A stretch of 64,000 nt of DNA from Antechinus flavipes. Lineage: Eukaryota. Below the pieces are notes generated by a model that saw only the letters and a list, made by a program, of their open reading frames with translations, did no database searches and was not told where the DNA came from. The DNA lies in NCBI RefSeq assembly GCF_016432865.1, contig NC_067400.1, positions 246,264,001 to 246,328,000 of the forward strand, given 5' to 3'. Positions 61,071-64,000 of this stretch are shown piece by piece (the stretch's first letter is position 1; every line of letters begins with the position of its first letter). The translations under genes were made by a program, and so were the position numbers.

Positions 61071-61077
61071 TATAAAA
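61071..61077 (+). promoter_or_regulatory. TATA box of divergent copy 7
   Basis: TATAAAA 85 bp upstream of the ATG at 61156. Confidence 0.8.
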
Positions 61078-61155
61078 GTCCCTGTGAACATCTTCCCCTA
61101 CATACTCACCCAAACTAAATCCTGACATCTTTCCAAATCCATAAATCTTGATACA

Positions 61156-61355
61156 ATGAGTTATTACAACAGCTACTATAGAGGGCTGGGTTATGGCTAT
61201 GGCTCTAGTTATGGATGTGATGTGGCAACTATCATGACCTAGGTTATGGCTTTGGTGGATTGGGTTATGGAAGCCTGGGCTATGGTGGCTATGGCCATGG
61301 CTGCTGCTGCAACTCATCTTACTGTGGAAGGTATTCATCCTATGGCTTCTACTGA
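61156..61355 (+). pseudogene. KRTAP: Divergent HGT KRTAP pseudogene (copy 7), single 1-bp frameshift
   Basis: [21 protein letters not shown], then TGTGGATGT>TGTGATGT at ~61219 gives a TAG at 61240-61242. The restored frame reads [44 protein letters not shown] (66 aa). Confidence 0.9.
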
Positions 61356-62149
61356 AAAACCACCTGTCCCTACACTGCTGAGGAATTTTTGTCCAACCTA
61401 ATTTGATGTAATTCCATGGCTTTCTACAGAAATCATATCACATCTACTCACTATTTCTGGAAGAAACACTAAAAGAAGGTCTTGAAATTTCTATGGAGTA
61501 CTCAAGACAGTGAGGTGTCAGGGACCCTCAAGCAGCAAGATCCTTCCTTCTGTGAAATGATGTAGAATCTCAGCTTTTATAATGGGGACTCCCCCAGTGA
61601 AAACTTATTTCCAATAAATATGGCCAGCTTTGATAAACCATGATTGAAGTGTCTGTTATGATTTTCTAATAAATTTGTTTAACTTCGCAAAAATGTTTTC
61701 TCATCTCCTTCTTGGCCTCCACATAGTTTTCAGTCTCATACAATGAAGAGATTATTAGTCTTAAACTACACTTCTGTTTGCTTACAGAAGATTTGGTCTC
61801 CAATTCATCTTCTGCAATGAAGGAGTAACTCTCCAGATTTCTGTTTTTTTTTTTTAATTTTAATTTCATTGTAAAATCCCTTTATAAAATTTCATTTCTG
61901 CAGTATTTAAGCTTTAGTACTTCATAATATCTAAGTCCCCATTGTACTGATGGTCAGGGATATGTCCCTACAAGCCATGACATTTCTCCCATATTCTGTG
62001 CACATATTGAAAGGGGTTTTATATTCAAAGTTTCTCAAAGATTCACATATTCATTATCTTGTGTTCATGGTTCCTTGCTTCCAGATCCAAGTGGTCCCTG
62101 ATAGCTATAGGATTTTGGATTAGTCCATCACTTTTCTCATTGTCTTATT

Positions 62150-62240
62150 GGGAGAAGGAGAGGAAAATCTGAAACACAAGGCTATTCAAGGGTCAATGTT
62201 GAAAAATTATTTGTGTATATGTTTTGAAAATAAAAAGCTT
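62150..62240 (+). mobile_element. Short LINE-1 3'UTR fragment
   Basis: GTCAATGTTGAAAAATTAT...AAATAAAAAGCT matches the other L1 3' ends in the window. Confidence 0.7.
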
Positions 62241-62489
62241 TAACAAATAGTTCATTTCTTCCATGGATGGAAAGTTTCAAATAGAAGGCAGTATTATGAA
62301 CTGTACAGGCTATGAAGATTGCTGGAGTAGATGAGATCCATTAGCAAGGTACAATTCCATGACAACTTTCAGGCTTAGCATATAACTTTATTATGTAGGT
62401 TTTGTAGTGCAGTATTGCTTGTGCAATACTCCAAAACTTCACTTTGGTGGGTAATAACAAAATGATAGAAGACAAGTTCTGTTAACTTA

Positions 62490-63023
62490 GGGAAGTACAT
62501 CTTCCACCCCAGGAACAGAGCTCAAGTTTAAAAATAAAGGGAAAGACCAGAAAAGATAAGCAAAATAAACAAACAATCAAAAAATAATAATAATCTGAAT
62601 ATAGGAAGTTACTATGGTGACAAGGGAGATCAAGACACAAACTCAGAAGAGGACAACCATGCCCAAAGTATAATATGAATTGGATTGAAACTCAAAAAGA
62701 ACTCCTTGGAAGAGTTCAAAAAGAAGTATAAAATAAGAAAAGCAGAAGAAAAAAAGGGACAATAAATGAGAGTGATGCAAGAGTTTCATGCTTGGAGAAA
62801 GAATGGAAAAAGAGATACAAAAGCTAAATGAAGAAAATAACTCCTTAAATATTAGAATTGGACAAGTTGAAGCTAATGATTCTGTGAAACATCAAGAATC
62901 AATCAAACAAAATTGAAATAAAGAAAATACAGAAGAAAATTTTAAATATTCATTGCAAAAACAAACTACCTGGAAAATAGAGAGATAATTTAGGATTACT
63001 GGACTGCCTGAAAGCCATGATCC

Positions 63024-63054
<31 letters not shown>

Positions 63055-63494
63055 ACAGGCTCTTTCAATAAATTAACAAAGAAAACTTCCCTGATTTCCT
63101 AGAACCAGAGAGTAAAATAAACAATGAAAGAAACCAACAATCACCTCCAGGAAAAAAAAAATCCTAAAATGAAAACTTCTAGGAATATGATAGTCAAATT
63201 CCCCAACTTCCAAGTCAAGGGGAAAAAAATTATTTCAATTAGTCAGAAGCAATTCAAATATTGGAGAACTACACTCAAGATAAGACAGGATTTAGTAGCT
63301 GCAACATTAAAGGATTGGAAGACATATGAAATATGCCCCAGAAGGCAAAGGAGCTAGGGCTATAACCATGAATCATCTACCCAGTGAAATTGAGCATGAT
63401 CCTTCAAGGTAAAAATGGCAATTCAGTGAAATAAAAGATTTTCAAGTTCTCCTGAGGGAGAAAAAATAGAGCTAAACAAAAATAAATAAGTAAA

Positions 63495-63574
<80 letters not shown>

Positions 63575-64000
63575 AAAAAAGAAAAAGAATTAAAGCATAA
63601 AAAGTAACAAAGGGATTCAATAAGGATAAACTGTTTACAGCTAAACATTGCAAGATGATACTTGTAATTCTTAAGAATTGTTTCACTAATAGTTCAATAA
63701 GAAGGAGTATACATTGACAGAGAGTGCAGATATAAGGTAACTTTGAGGGTATGACATTAAAAAAAAATTAAGGAGAGAAAAAGAGAAAAACACTGGGAAT
63801 AAGAAGAAGGGAAAGGGAAAACAAGCTAAATCATCTCACATGAAAAGGCATAAAAAAATCTATTACAAAAGAGCAAGAATATGGGAAGATAGGCAATGAT
63901 CATCCCTTGAACCTTACTCTCATCAGAATTGGCTTAAAGAGGGAATAACATGCATAATCATTCAGGTATAGAAATGTATCACACCCTAGAAGGAAATAAG
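62490..64000 (+). mobile_element. Older LINE-1 ORF1/inter-ORF region running off the window end
   Basis: Decayed ORF1 motifs (ITGLPESHDP, KTSRNMIVKFPNFQVK, IRQDLVAATLK). Confidence 0.8.
63493..63575. repeat. (AAAG)n microsatellite
   Basis: About 20 GAAA units inside the L1. Confidence 0.95.

Overview
Mammalian (marsupial; inferred dasyurid, e.g. Tasmanian devil-like, from the LINE-1, CORE-SINE and OC1-like transposon content) genomic DNA containing a tandem cluster of single-exon high glycine-tyrosine keratin-associated protein genes (KRTAP19/20-like). There are six intact 75-aa copies (ATGs at 10025+, 17062+, 28511+, 40930+, 45863-, 52494+), one frameshifted divergent copy (61156+) and one ghost locus reduced to its 3'UTR (~48640). 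The genes sit in segmentally duplicated units that share a spacer. The units are interrupted by dead LINE-1s, solo LTRs, SINEs, a hAT MITE and two copies of one betaretrovirus-like provirus. Paralogous empty sites let most insertions be bounded exactly by target-site duplications (TSDs). The main signals are: (1) coding regions are ~98-99.6% identical, including silent sites, while distal flanks are much more diverged, indicating gene-conversion islands; (2) one copy arose as an inverted, microhomology-bounded templated insertion; (3) a 5'-complete, 3'-truncated, tail-less L1 is bounded by a 16-bp TSD; (4) an OC1-like DNA transposon sits beside the RT YMDD codons of one provirus copy; (5) the provirus has beta-type gag-pol but a gamma-type env TM remnant. 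I found no evidence of a wholly new gene system. All identities come from motif recognition by eye, not database searches, and assembly gaps (N runs) mean repeat collapse must be excluded.
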